A stretch of 64,000 nt of DNA from a virus. The stretch lies in IMG/VR virus record IMGVR_UViG_3300032164_000001; one strand, 5' to 3'. Below the pieces are notes generated by a model, which saw nothing but the letters and a program-made list of their open reading frames with translations, had not been told where the DNA came from and made no database searches. The position numbers were made by a program, and so were the translations under genes. Shown piece by piece: positions 37,077 through 47,126 of this stretch (position 1 is the first letter of the stretch; the number at the start of each line of letters is the position of its first letter).

Positions 37077-38561
37077 TCAACCAACCGTCCAGAATGCGCG
37101 CTGATACCAGTTTTGTGCACCATTCCACTTGAAGGCCACGCCGAACTGTGGATGCAGCCATTCTTTACTCGATCCGAAAGTGGACATACTCCTATTTCCG
37201 GGACTGCAACACCATACATACTTGAACTTACCACGGAGCTCCATGTGCCCAGTGGTTCTACTCTCTAGAATAAGTGGAGCCCGCCATACCTTTTTGCTGT
37301 ACGTGGATACTGATCGTCTGGCGTAGATAGTCCAGTTTGTGTTAGCTGCAGTGGAACAGTGAAAATAGTTCAGGTAGTAGGCGAGTGTGGTGGTCGCATC
37401 ATAGGACAATCCTCGAGCGGTGTATCCCGCAGAATTTTGTCCAGAGCCGTAACCGACTTGCGCCCTGTCAAAGTTGTTACCGCGCAGTGTTGCAATGACA
37501 ACCGGTCGTGGGTCAAATACAGGATGGTATGTCGTTGTCTCACCGACGTGCCACCAACCAGTGTACTGGCAACATGAAGAGTTTCGAGGGACTATGTCAT
37601 ACTCATGCACGGAATATATGTTGAAATGGTCGACATCGGCCTCAGCAAATAGTGTTATCATATTACTGTTGACCCAGTTCGGATCTGTGAGGACCGCTGT
37701 ATATCTGGAATCATTCCATGCATGCGTGCCGGCATTCCAGGAGGCAAATGGACTCAGAATCAATTCTGGAAGACCAGAATTGGTCACCGTGCGCGACTTC
37801 ATGTGTAGATGGAAGTCGTATGAGATGTTCCAGCTGAATGCCGACGTTTCATTCACTCCATCGACGTTGACGTATGTAACCTGTGTTGGACCACCACGAG
37901 CTGTTATGACGAAAGTGCCATCGTTGTCAGGATCAGAACAATTGGCAAGCGTGATGCTCTTGCCGATATCGGTGGTTTGGAAATTGGCGGTTGCGTCGGT
38001 CAGGGTTGCATCAGTGCCGGACATGGCAATGGAATCCCCGGTGCCAGCACCGACGTTGAGACCAGCTCCAGTGTAGCCTTTGCCGCCAAGCACGATCACA
38101 TCATTGTCTGCCGGCATGTAGTTGGCATGAACCTTCCACAACGACCAATGTAGATCTGCGTGACCATCCGGAACACAATCGGAATGTGGTCCTGAGTATT
38201 TATGCAATTGCAACGTGTACGTCGTTCCAACGTTTCCAACGTACGCCTGTATCATGTAGATGCCATCTCGTGCCTGATATGGAGCAGCGAAACCCGTGAT
38301 GGTTAGATAAGATCCAGCGTCTGCAGAGGAGAATGCATAGCCAGGGGACGGCAACTCGATGGTATTGAAATTGATGGTTTCACCGGTCAGGCCGGTGGCG
38401 ATGTAGTTGTCCCATCTGGTGCCTACGGCCTTGTCAACTACAGACCAGCCTGCCACCTTCAAGAACTCCACCAGCCAGCGACACATGACCTTTCCACCCA
38501 GCAAGCCGTAGGAGCTCAACATGCCATCCCACTGAAGACCATTCTGGAATCGTTGGGCCAT
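37077..38561 (-). CDS. tail-associated paralogue, type A
   Basis: Closely similar to 34210-35721. Confidence 0.8.
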   Translation of the reverse strand: MAQRFQNGLQWDGMLSSYGLLGGKVMCRWLVEFLKVAGWSVVDKAVGTRWDNYIATGLTGETINFNTIELPSPGYAFSSADAGSYLTITGFAAPYQARDGIYMIQAYVGNVGTTYTLQLHKYSGPHSDCVPDGHADLHWSLWKVHANYMPADNDVIVLGGKGYTGAGLNVGAGTGDSIAMSGTDATLTDATANFQTTDIGKSITLANCSDPDNDGTFVITARGGPTQVTYVNVDGVNETSAFSWNISYDFHLHMKSRTVTNSGLPELILSPFASWNAGTHAWNDSRYTAVLTDPNWVNSNMITLFAEADVDHFNIYSVHEYDIVPRNSSCCQYTGWWHVGETTTYHPVFDPRPVVIATLRGNNFDRAQVGYGSGQNSAGYTARGLSYDATTTLAYYLNYFHCSTAANTNWTIYARRSVSTYSKKVWRAPLILESRTTGHMELRGKFKYVWCCSPGNRSMSTFGSSKEWLHPQFGVAFKWNGAQNWYQRAFWTVG

Positions 38562-38565
38562 CTAG

Positions 38566-38823
38566 CTACTCCTCGAAAGCGGCATAGATTCGCTGTTTGG
38601 CTCCATCTGATCCGACTACAGCATCGCCAAAGCATTCCGCATTGGTGAATCTGACCTGTACGGGTGCACCGTTGTTCTTGCTCACAGTGAGATCTACACC
38701 ACCCTCCGTGTCATCACCATAAGGCGCCAAGATCTGCCATTCATAGCTGACATTTTCCACAAACCAGCGAACTGGCATCCAGTAGTTGATTAGTTCTCTG
38801 AACTTGATCTCTCTCTCAGTCAT
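38566..38823 (-). CDS. hypothetical protein
   Basis: 85-aa ORF with GAGG RBS between the paralogues. Confidence 0.65.
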   Translation of the reverse strand: MTEREIKFRELINYWMPVRWFVENVSYEWQILAPYGDDTEGGVDLTVSKNNGAPVQVRFTNAECFGDAVVGSDGAKQRIYAAFEE

Positions 38824-38826
38824 TGA

Positions 38827-40047
38827 CTACCTCTCGTATCTGATCTGGCTGCCATGCCAGGGCATGGTGAGACCGCCGATCACATGTACATACTCGCCAT
38901 TGGCGCCGAACACGTTCAGTCTTGGATTGTCTCGTCCGGTAATCCAGGTTCTACGCAAGGCACCACGTAATTCCATGTGTCCGGTCGTCTTGCTCTCACA
39001 GACAGCGTCAAGCAGATAGTTGTCCTTGTTGTACATCGAGAATTGCCTGCGCCATTCAGCCATCCAGTGCAGATCAGCAGCGGGGCTGCAGTGCATGAAT
39101 GTCATGTTGCCGGCAACAGTTGTCAGATCGTCGTAACCCAACCAGTACCCCCGTCCATTGAGATTGGAACTAGCACCGGTGCCAATTAACGTGACAGCAT
39201 CCCCACCTGGCGTGGTGCTACCAGCATTTGAGCCTTCCCACAGGATGCACGGCTTGGGGTCTTCGGCTGTATGGTACGTGTTGATCTCACCGATGTAGAG
39301 AAAGTGGTAAGAATAGTAATCGTCTTCAGGACGAATGAAAATCACAGCTCGGTCTTTGTCGGCTGCAGCCCACACCCGGCAGTTGTCGACGTTGATCAGG
39401 CTGTTGCTCCAGTTGTCAATACCCAGGGCGGTGGTGCGCTTCGCATCACTCCAGCCAGTGCTTACAACCCAGCTGGCGAATGGACTCATGATGAGTTCGG
39501 GGAAGTAGCTATTGGAAGACCGCACCTTGATGTGTGTGTGAAAACTGTAGCCCGAAGGCCCACCACTCGTCGTGCCGGTACCCTTGACGACAGCGATGTC
39601 ATTGGCTACCGGGCAATATGTGTTGGTCGGTCGCCACAGTCGCCATGTAAGTCCGGTTGCTCCAGGCAGAATCCCACGATGGTGCACACTATCCCAGATG
39701 TCCAGTTTCACCGTTGTTGCAGAGACAACCTGATTGATACGATAGATTCCATTCCACTCTGCCTTGGAGAATCCCGTGATGGTCAAGTACGCACCAACAT
39801 CCGAAGAGGAGAACACGGCGGATACAGACTTGAACAACCACTTCTGGTAGGTGGTCTCAGTTGGGTCCTCGGCGCCATCAGTTCCAGAAGAAACAACATT
39901 GGACCAAGCTGTACCGACATAGGCGTCATGCAGTGTCCAGCCACAAATCTGTGTCAGCCATTCCACGAGCCAACGCGCAAATGTCCGGCCGCACTGCGAA
40001 GCAGTGGGAGCGGTGAGCAGCAGGCCATTGGCGTACTTGTCAGCCAT
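38827..40047 (-). CDS. tail-associated paralogue, type A (divergent)
   Basis: RWLVE, PELIMSPFASW and ESKTTGHMELRG shared with the 494-aa and 503-aa ORFs. Confidence 0.8.
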   Translation of the reverse strand: MADKYANGLLLTAPTASQCGRTFARWLVEWLTQICGWTLHDAYVGTAWSNVVSSGTDGAEDPTETTYQKWLFKSVSAVFSSSDVGAYLTITGFSKAEWNGIYRINQVVSATTVKLDIWDSVHHRGILPGATGLTWRLWRPTNTYCPVANDIAVVKGTGTTSGGPSGYSFHTHIKVRSSNSYFPELIMSPFASWVVSTGWSDAKRTTALGIDNWSNSLINVDNCRVWAAADKDRAVIFIRPEDDYYSYHFLYIGEINTYHTAEDPKPCILWEGSNAGSTTPGGDAVTLIGTGASSNLNGRGYWLGYDDLTTVAGNMTFMHCSPAADLHWMAEWRRQFSMYNKDNYLLDAVCESKTTGHMELRGALRRTWITGRDNPRLNVFGANGEYVHVIGGLTMPWHGSQIRYER

Positions 40048-40050
40048 CGA

Positions 40051-41304
40051 TCAGCTCCCTTCGAAACGCAACAGCTCCATCTTGAAACCAATGCGGTGCG
40101 TACCACTCAACTTGGAGACATTTACCGCTATGTCATTGGTCATCGACGTCCGTCCCTTCACTGGAATGTAAGAGAAGTAGGACGTGTTGTCCACAGTGAC
40201 ATGACATTTCCATCGAGCACCAAGAACCTTGGCGGTGAACCCTGAACCTTCGCCTGTCACACCGTTGTGCAATAGGGCAACGTTTGGCGCGCCGGTGACC
40301 TCCTGTACGCTATCGATGCGATTTCCACCATTATTCACCTCGTGCATTGCACCAGAGATCAACACCGGTAGCCCCCAGTCATCGACGGTGAAGAAGTCGG
40401 TGGAGGTCTTCATCCCAGACAGGTCATCCGCACCGTATGCAACGCGCGGACTATACACTCCATCGCTCGCAGCGGCAAGCATGAAGTTGCTTGGCCCTTC
40501 ATCATTGTTTGGTGAAGGAGAGACAGTGATGTTCTTCACATCGAAGCAACCGGTGATGAAGCGTCGGCCATTATTGTTCGACAATGAATGACTGATCTGC
40601 AAAATCTTGCCAACGTCGGCCGATGAGAATGCACCATTCTCCAGATGAACAGTGGCTGTCGACTTGGTCATGTAGTCCAATGCGTTGCCGGTCACCTCTC
40701 GAACAAGGGGTCCATTTGGAAACTGGAACGTGTTGCACATCGTTCCGCCAACAACCTGGAGTCTTGCTGTCGAACCGGATGAACTGGCCTCGAGCTGCAG
40801 TTGCTGTTGCGCCTCTGGTCCGACAGCGCTGGCCGTGGCGTTGGTCAACTTCGGATTCATCAGACTGACAAGCTCCGGCGCGGTGTACAGGCCAGATTCT
40901 GCTGGAGAGAAGGTGACAGTGATGGTTGATCCGCCATCAACCTTGTACTTCAGGTTGTCACCGGTGTCCTCGATACGATAGATGTCTATCGCCTCGGCGA
41001 CGAGCTTCGGGTGGCCATTGAATAGTAGACCACCACGCTGCAGCAGTGGAGACCCGGTGATCACACGAGGGTCAGGCATGCCATCTGGTTGCAAGAAACC
41101 AGCTGACGGGCGAATCATGTACACGCCGGTCAGATTCATGTTCTGATAGACCTCGACGTAGTCCTCCTCATGTAACAGATGCACCTCTGGTTGCTCACTG
41201 CCAAGAATGAACGAGTACAACTCATCCTGTGGAGTATACTCTGTAGGCAGCAATCGCCCTTCATAGAGCTGGTACTTGTACACGAATGGACTAAGTTCGA
41301 TCAT
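40051..41304 (-). CDS. putative virion structural protein
   Basis: 417-aa beta-rich ORF in the tail operon, shares the F...DVG..I.I...NNG module. Confidence 0.65.
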   Translation of the reverse strand: MIELSPFVYKYQLYEGRLLPTEYTPQDELYSFILGSEQPEVHLLHEEDYVEVYQNMNLTGVYMIRPSAGFLQPDGMPDPRVITGSPLLQRGGLLFNGHPKLVAEAIDIYRIEDTGDNLKYKVDGGSTITVTFSPAESGLYTAPELVSLMNPKLTNATASAVGPEAQQQLQLEASSSGSTARLQVVGGTMCNTFQFPNGPLVREVTGNALDYMTKSTATVHLENGAFSSADVGKILQISHSLSNNNGRRFITGCFDVKNITVSPSPNNDEGPSNFMLAAASDGVYSPRVAYGADDLSGMKTSTDFFTVDDWGLPVLISGAMHEVNNGGNRIDSVQEVTGAPNVALLHNGVTGEGSGFTAKVLGARWKCHVTVDNTSYFSYIPVKGRTSMTNDIAVNVSKLSGTHRIGFKMELLRFEGS

Positions 41305-41309
41305 TGGCC

Positions 41310-42017
41310 TTACATCTGCCTGCTCATCTCGAACATGTCAACGAATCCACGGGACTGCGCAAGGCTCGACTGGAAGAACCAGCCACCATAGCCACCGGCA
41401 AGTGGATCTGTGCTGGATTCGACACCGAGTGCATCGTCGACGTAGTCGTCCATGCCCGGTATGGCCTGCCAGTTGGGACTGGTGCATGGATTGATAGACA
41501 GGTCATTCTTGAAGCACTTCAAGATCACGTCACCGTTGGGATTGACGATCGAGTCCAATCGCAAGTGCACCCATGTGTTCACCAGGAATGTCTCGGACGA
41601 CAACTTCAGACAAGTCTGTGAGTTCGTCGGATCGAGTCCAGCGATGGGCGCGGCCTTAGCCAGGATGATGGATGACGGGTCGTCGTTCGATAGGCCGAGC
41701 AGGTAGCCTTTGTAGCTTTCCGAAGTGCTCGTCAGGTTGATGAACAGTCCAACAGAGTAGCCCAGCACGCTACCAGCTGAAGGTCCACGCTTCATCACGC
41801 ATCTGACAGAACCTCCAGTGGCATTGTCCGAGTCATCGCGCAGTGGGGCGAACTTCGTCAGGTTGTAATACAACCCAGTGGCCATAGCGCCATCGGACAC
41901 CGAGTTGAATCCAAACGTGAAGTGCCCACCGCCATTCGGCACTGTCTGTCCGGTTGTCGCACCACGCTTGATGCTGGCCGCTGCTGCGCCAAAGATGCCA
42001 AAATCACTCTCAGCCAT
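41310..42017 (-). CDS. putative virion structural protein (beta-sandwich)
   Basis: 235-aa ORF, CAGGAG RBS, tail operon context. Confidence 0.65.
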   Translation of the reverse strand: MAESDFGIFGAAAASIKRGATTGQTVPNGGGHFTFGFNSVSDGAMATGLYYNLTKFAPLRDDSDNATGGSVRCVMKRGPSAGSVLGYSVGLFINLTSTSESYKGYLLGLSNDDPSSIILAKAAPIAGLDPTNSQTCLKLSSETFLVNTWVHLRLDSIVNPNGDVILKCFKNDLSINPCTSPNWQAIPGMDDYVDDALGVESSTDPLAGGYGGWFFQSSLAQSRGFVDMFEMSRQM

Positions 42018-42031
42018 CGAAGGATCTCCTG

Positions 42032-43609
42032 TTATGTCAGGGTCAGCACCCAGTCTGATTCAAAAGTTTCCACATGCCCGCCATCACCATACAGAGAGAC
42101 AGAGCCACTCTGTACGATACTGGCTGTGATACTTGTGATAGCACGCAAGCCGCCCCACTTGGCGGTGAATGCATATTTTGGATCTACTGGATCCGATGTA
42201 AGGCCGAACGTGTCGATTACGGTGTTGATTGCTTCGCCACCGGCAAGGAAGACATACAGCGTCCTGGCTGTGGCATTCTCGTCCAAGAAGTTCACAGTGA
42301 GACAGCATGGATCTGGACCAATGGCTGCTGTCACCTTCATGCTTAGGTTTGGGGAGAACTGCGGTGGCACCAACAGCACTCCGTAAACACCGGATCCGGG
42401 ATTCAGAGTCCAGGTGGCAAAACTGTACGTGTGCGAGTAGAGTCCGGCCGGGAACAACTGCCTGTCGGGCGGATCTTGGTCTGACTTGAATCGCCACTCA
42501 GTGCCACTCCAGTACTTGGCCAGACCGATCTCGCAGCTCTTCCACCCTGATTCGAATGTGTCGGCGATGCCGAAGAACGTCCTATTCGTCCGAAAGACGA
42601 ATTCTCCAATAGCTGGATCCCAGAACTCTAGGACGAATCTCTCGTTTGGCCAGGAACTGCTAGAACCTGGCAAGAACCAGCCACGCTCGAATGTCTCTCC
42701 GCCATCAAGACCGACCTCGACCTGAATGTCAGACAGGTCGCTGAGCAGTTGGATGTGACCACCGGGCCATGAAGGAGCCGTGGTGTCCATCTCGACTACG
42801 TTATCCTGGCACTCCTGACGAGCCGGAGGGGGCGACAGAGGCGGCCTGGTCACCGGGTAGATGTCCGGGATAGCCCAGCCGGTTTCGAACCCCTCGTAGG
42901 TCAACGTGCCGATCACCATTGAGTCCAAGTTCGCCGGAGTGAACTCGTTCAACGCGTCGCCGTTGTCCTTGCCATAGGCCATCAGTAGACGATGTGCGTT
43001 GAATTTGGCCTTCATCGAGTTGATCAAGGTCACCATCTGTGTTTCAGTGGTGACCACGATAGCAGATGGACGATTCGGCACGTCCTCCTTGCGATGCACG
43101 CCTGGCCATTCGGAGAAGTGGCCCCTGTCACGCTTGACCTCAGTGCTGCTCCTGTCGGTGCCAGCTGGATCCCAAAGTATGGAACGGAGAGCGTTGGCTG
43201 CTATGATGGCCTCTGGCAGATTTGTTGGCTCGCTCAGAGTGATGATGTTGATCACATCCGGTGTCAGGTGAATGTGCTTGTTCGCATCGGCAGGATCCGT
43301 GAGCATCACGCGATGGTGATCATACATGTCCGCGATGTCTAAAATCAGCGCCACTTGGCTTGGCAGGTTGCCCACGGACGCATCCGGTGCGGTGACAATG
43401 TTCACTGTGTCCTGGGCGAAGTGTGTGTAGTATGGCAACCGCCAGCCATCTTCGTATTCTTCCCATGGATCCCAGGTCTCCACACCGAGCGGGCCGGTGA
43501 CGACGTTGAAGCAGCCGATTGCCTCCTCGGCGCTGTGGACGCCAACAGACCAGTCCTGCGCCATGCCTTGCATGGTGCCTGGTGTTTCAAAAGAAGGGTT
43601 GGCCATCAT
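42032..43609 (-). CDS. putative baseplate-associated protein
   Basis: Follows baseplate J. NPSFE start and repeated E.FE.GW motif. Confidence 0.6.
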   Translation of the reverse strand: MMANPSFETPGTMQGMAQDWSVGVHSAEEAIGCFNVVTGPLGVETWDPWEEYEDGWRLPYYTHFAQDTVNIVTAPDASVGNLPSQVALILDIADMYDHHRVMLTDPADANKHIHLTPDVINIITLSEPTNLPEAIIAANALRSILWDPAGTDRSSTEVKRDRGHFSEWPGVHRKEDVPNRPSAIVVTTETQMVTLINSMKAKFNAHRLLMAYGKDNGDALNEFTPANLDSMVIGTLTYEGFETGWAIPDIYPVTRPPLSPPPARQECQDNVVEMDTTAPSWPGGHIQLLSDLSDIQVEVGLDGGETFERGWFLPGSSSSWPNERFVLEFWDPAIGEFVFRTNRTFFGIADTFESGWKSCEIGLAKYWSGTEWRFKSDQDPPDRQLFPAGLYSHTYSFATWTLNPGSGVYGVLLVPPQFSPNLSMKVTAAIGPDPCCLTVNFLDENATARTLYVFLAGGEAINTVIDTFGLTSDPVDPKYAFTAKWGGLRAITSITASIVQSGSVSLYGDGGHVETFESDWVLTLT

Positions 43610-43615
43610 TCTTCT

Positions 43616-45241
43616 CTATGGAAAGATCTGCGAGTCGGTGTCAGCGTCGTATATCTCTGGGTTGCCGACTAGTCTCGGAAATTGTACTGGAGTCAATGTG
43701 AGCGATTGTCTTCGCTGATTCAACAACAACCCGGATTGCCCCTCGTCTACCTTGCGCACGCCGTTGGTGTCACGGATGACATTGAATACATCGCTCCAGA
43801 TGAGTTCGGGCAAAGGTACATCAGTCCTGGCAAGGCCAGACCAATATGTGCCCTGCCAGCTGGCGTACTGCATCATCAACTTTGCGCCAAAGTCGATGTC
43901 TGGATTGTCCAGACCGGTTGCAAGCTGGACGGCGAAGAAGTCCTCCAGGCTGGCATAAATGGCTGCACCGACAATGGTTGGTGAGAATCCCCGGCGAATG
44001 TAAACACGTGTCTTGACACTCACATCGAGGAAGTCCGCGCTGATCACCTCGAAAGTGAATGTCACCGTCGGTGGCTTGTTGTTCATGATCTCGTTGTAGA
44101 CTTGTGTGAGCAATGTACTAGATGGAGGAGCGGGTTTGATTCGCCCCGAGGCGAGCTTGACCCCCTGGGCAACAATGCGGAGCTGTCCCGTATTCTCCGG
44201 AATGCCCACGTACTCGTTGCTCGTAGCCATCAACGCTCTGGCCACACCACGTACGGATCTGGCCGTCGTCTCGAAGTCGTCTCGAGCCACACAACGCTTC
44301 AGTAGGCGCAATGAGGCCGGCGCTTGCACTCTAGCCTCATCAACGCTGATTCTGTCAGCTCCGCCAGCAGTGGGTGCTTCATTAGCGACGGCGAGACTGG
44401 CCAGAGTTCCATCATCAAAGGCTAACGAGTCAGACATGATCGACAATTTACCGGTTTCGACGTTTCCCCTTGTTCCACCACCAACCTTGTATCCAATCTT
44501 AATCTCGCCCTGCGGTGTTGCACCTACAGATCCGTTGCCAAAACTGATATGACAGCGATCAAGTTGGTCCACCAGTGCAAGGAATACTCTGTCAGAGGAA
44601 GAATACCCCAGCAATGAATCCACCTTTGTGTAGTCACCATTAGCTGCTGTAACACCGTACAGCAGTTCTGAGTTGTCCCACTCCGCAGAATTCAGACTAT
44701 CATCCAAGTATGGATAATACATCAGGACAAATTCCTGGTTTGGTTCACCGGTGGAGAAGATGGACTCTTCCCGTCTCTCCGATTGCTCCACTGCCACTTC
44801 AACATATGAGCCACCAGCTGATATCGTTTTGCGCTCTATCGTTTGAAACAGAACAGGATCCTCAGGATCTGTTGTTTGCAGTCGTGTACCACGAGGAATT
44901 ACTAGTTGGCTGACAGGATTGATCTCCCCAACAATGAATTTTGCCGTGCCGGAGCCGGCAGCAGCGGTTGGTAGAGTGTATCCTATCAACTGTCCCAGGT
45001 GAATGAGCGAGATGCGTTGTGTGGCAATCGGTATAAAACACTCCCCGGCTTGACTGTCTTGGTAGAAGTGCAAAATGTCTCCAACATGACACATCAGTTC
45101 CATGAGTATGTTGCCAAAGTTGGAAGTATTGAAGTCTGTCCAGTCTGTGAACACGGAGCGTATCAGGCCCTGCAAGCGCATGCGTAGACTGGAGAAGTCG
45201 CGATCGGTGAAGTCTATCGAACTCGGTATGCTGGCGGTCAC
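43616..45241 (-). CDS. baseplate wedge protein (gpJ/gp6-like)
   Basis: DFTDRDF, WTDFN.SNFG, FGNG..G..P, Y.VGGG.RGNV, GGAD, R.V.RDDF. Confidence 0.9.
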   Translation of the reverse strand: MTASIPSSIDFTDRDFSSLRMRLQGLIRSVFTDWTDFNTSNFGNILMELMCHVGDILHFYQDSQAGECFIPIATQRISLIHLGQLIGYTLPTAAAGSGTAKFIVGEINPVSQLVIPRGTRLQTTDPEDPVLFQTIERKTISAGGSYVEVAVEQSERREESIFSTGEPNQEFVLMYYPYLDDSLNSAEWDNSELLYGVTAANGDYTKVDSLLGYSSSDRVFLALVDQLDRCHISFGNGSVGATPQGEIKIGYKVGGGTRGNVETGKLSIMSDSLAFDDGTLASLAVANEAPTAGGADRISVDEARVQAPASLRLLKRCVARDDFETTARSVRGVARALMATSNEYVGIPENTGQLRIVAQGVKLASGRIKPAPPSSTLLTQVYNEIMNNKPPTVTFTFEVISADFLDVSVKTRVYIRRGFSPTIVGAAIYASLEDFFAVQLATGLDNPDIDFGAKLMMQYASWQGTYWSGLARTDVPLPELIWSDVFNVIRDTNGVRKVDEGQSGLLLNQRRQSLTLTPVQFPRLVGNPEIYDADTDSQIFP

Positions 45242-45681
45242 AGTGCAACCTCCTGTGAGACAGGACCGATAAGAACGTTATTGGCTTCCGATGCAGCGTC
45301 GGTGACGACCACCCAAGATATCTTACAAACTATTTTGTTACGCAGTGAATAATCTGCAAACGGATCGGATGAGTCAATAGATGTTTCCACTCCAAGCACA
45401 GTGATGCGTTGGTCCCAGGTTTGCAGAGCTTCTGTGATCTGACTGGCTATAGTTCCAGCAAGAGCCTGTACTGCATTTTTGTTTCTGAATGACTCTAGAT
45501 CCACACCGAATTCTGGACGCCATGGTAGTTCACCGAATTTAGTGCCAATTATCTGTGATATGCTAGAACGAACAAGCGCCTCACCCTCGGCCGAAGCGAA
45601 GTCGCTACTAGCTACACGACGGAATGGATGCACCAAACCGTTTCCTAACGTGTTGTGCCTGAACTCTGTACTTTGCCGCAT
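45238..45681 (-). CDS. baseplate wedge gp25/GPW-like protein
   Basis: SI.QIIGT..GE.PWRPEFG...L..WD.RI. Confidence 0.9.
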   Translation of the reverse strand: MRQSTEFRHNTLGNGLVHPFRRVASSDFASAEGEALVRSSISQIIGTKFGELPWRPEFGVDLESFRNKNAVQALAGTIASQITEALQTWDQRITVLGVETSIDSSDPFADYSLRNKIVCKISWVVVTDAASEANNVLIGPVSQEVAL

Positions 45682-45683
45682 TC

Positions 45684-46511
45684 TCAGTTTCTCACTACGA
45701 ACTCAACCAATGCCTGTGCACTGTACGGTAAGCCGAGTATCATGCTGCCAAATTGCTCTATCGTACACAAAATTGTTCGCATTGTGCGCAGCGCTGTCAC
45801 CACTGGAGCCAACTGAACGAAACCGGTTATTGCCGAGCCACCGAATGAACCCGTAGCATCGTCGAATGAGGACTTCCATTCGTCTATTTTTTCACTTGCA
45901 CCCGGCACCAGTGCGGCGATCAGGTCCAGCAAAGTGAATATCAGTCCAAGTAGTTTACCCAGCAAGGTTAGCACTTGCATGAAGGCCGTCATCTGCTGTT
46001 GCAGATTGTCCCTGGCGCACTCCGCTATGCTGAGCAGTTCAGTGTCGTTATTATGCTGCGCTTCCAGCAACGCATTCTTGATCCGAGAAGTTTCGTCATC
46101 GATGATTCTTACAATGCTCAATAGGTCTTCAACAAGTAGCCTAATGAGCTTTACCATGTCTAGTATCAGTTTTATGTATGGAAAAGGAGGCATAAGCTGT
46201 ATTAAAGCGGAGAGCGCCTTAAAAAGTTTCTCGAAGCACTTCAACAATGGTCCAGGGCTCATAGTCATAATACTCTTTGGTATTGCTGTAATGCATGCAA
46301 TGATGGCCTGTATCATGTCCAGCAGTTTGATGACACCCATGATTGGAGACAGCACTGGCGTAGAGCTATTCAAGAACCTGAGCAACATGGTGGAGGGTCT
46401 GGGCAACTTCTCTACCGAGTCGCACAGGTATTGCATTTCTCCCAATCCGGGCAACGTGAGTTTCAAGAACTCCGGTGGAGGGGGTAATTTCAAACAAATG
46501 ACGGTTGCCAT
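45684..46511 (-). CDS. hypothetical helical/hydrophobic protein in the baseplate cluster
   Basis: 275-aa ORF, Leu/Ile-rich. Confidence 0.65.
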   Translation of the reverse strand: MATVICLKLPPPPEFLKLTLPGLGEMQYLCDSVEKLPRPSTMLLRFLNSSTPVLSPIMGVIKLLDMIQAIIACITAIPKSIMTMSPGPLLKCFEKLFKALSALIQLMPPFPYIKLILDMVKLIRLLVEDLLSIVRIIDDETSRIKNALLEAQHNNDTELLSIAECARDNLQQQMTAFMQVLTLLGKLLGLIFTLLDLIAALVPGASEKIDEWKSSFDDATGSFGGSAITGFVQLAPVVTALRTMRTILCTIEQFGSMILGLPYSAQALVEFVVRN

Positions 46512-46522
46512 GTTCTTATGAC

Positions 46523-47110
46523 TCAGTAGTAGCCCAAACCGTTTCTCTGGACTGAGTTTCCCAACATTATGCCACTCGGAACCTCCAACAACGAGATCTC
46601 CATCTTCATTTCCATTGGCGTCCCGTTGTACGTGAATCTTTCGTATTCAGTATTCAATGACTCCAGTACGCCAGTGAAATGCAACTCAGCTCTGGGCCAC
46701 TCCATGCTCAGCAACCGTGGAGCCTTTCCCAGACTGCTGGGAACCAGATGGGCTTCAAACCAGTTTCTCCACTGTAGCAATGTTCTGGGATCCGGAATAT
46801 TGTTCTGCTTGGTCGGATCAGCATTTGCTCGCATGAAAAGTATGTGATAAGAGAACCACAACTCCATGGAGATCTTTCTGCTACCAGTACGCACATACTG
46901 CGCAACCTCATGCGACAAACCAATAACTTGTCTACTTGAGTAATGCGTTTGTGTGGATTCCTTGAAACTGGTTGGATTGACTATGACTCGTCTGATATCA
47001 GCCTGTCCATTACCCATGCGGGACACAAAATACATGACGCATCTTGGATCTATTCTGGGCTTGGTGAATATCCCAGAATTGGCGAATCCAACTTCAAATG
47101 CGTCAGTCAT
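46523..47110 (-). CDS. tail tube initiator-like protein (GpU / CIS-tube type)
   Basis: NP..FKE...Y......GL......QYVRTG.R.I...P.LL..EW...Y.RF...G.P. Confidence 0.65.
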   Translation of the reverse strand: MTDAFEVGFANSGIFTKPRIDPRCVMYFVSRMGNGQADIRRVIVNPTSFKESTQTHYSSRQVIGLSHEVAQYVRTGSRKISMELWFSYHILFMRANADPTKQNNIPDPRTLLQWRNWFEAHLVPSSLGKAPRLLSMEWPRAELHFTGVLESLNTEYERFTYNGTPMEMKMEISLLEVPSGIMLGNSVQRNGLGYY

Positions 47111-47126
47111 AAGAATTCACACTCCG

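Larger units (their letters stand above)
32947..38561 (-). repeat. tandem duplication of a 2.8-kb two-gene (A+B) cassette
   Basis: 32947-35721 versus 35796-38561. Long near-identical DNA tracts, e.g. about 34226-34435 versus about 37093-37300. Confidence 0.9.

Noticed and set aside
32947-38561. Diversity-generating retroelement (TR/VR pair)
   Set aside because: Both copies are full genes, the differences inspected are mostly synonymous and not adenine-specific, and no reverse transcriptase is in the window.
39271-40245. 324-aa plus-strand ORF and similar antisense ORFs throughout
   Set aside because: Shadow frames of well-supported genes on the opposite strand, with no motifs.
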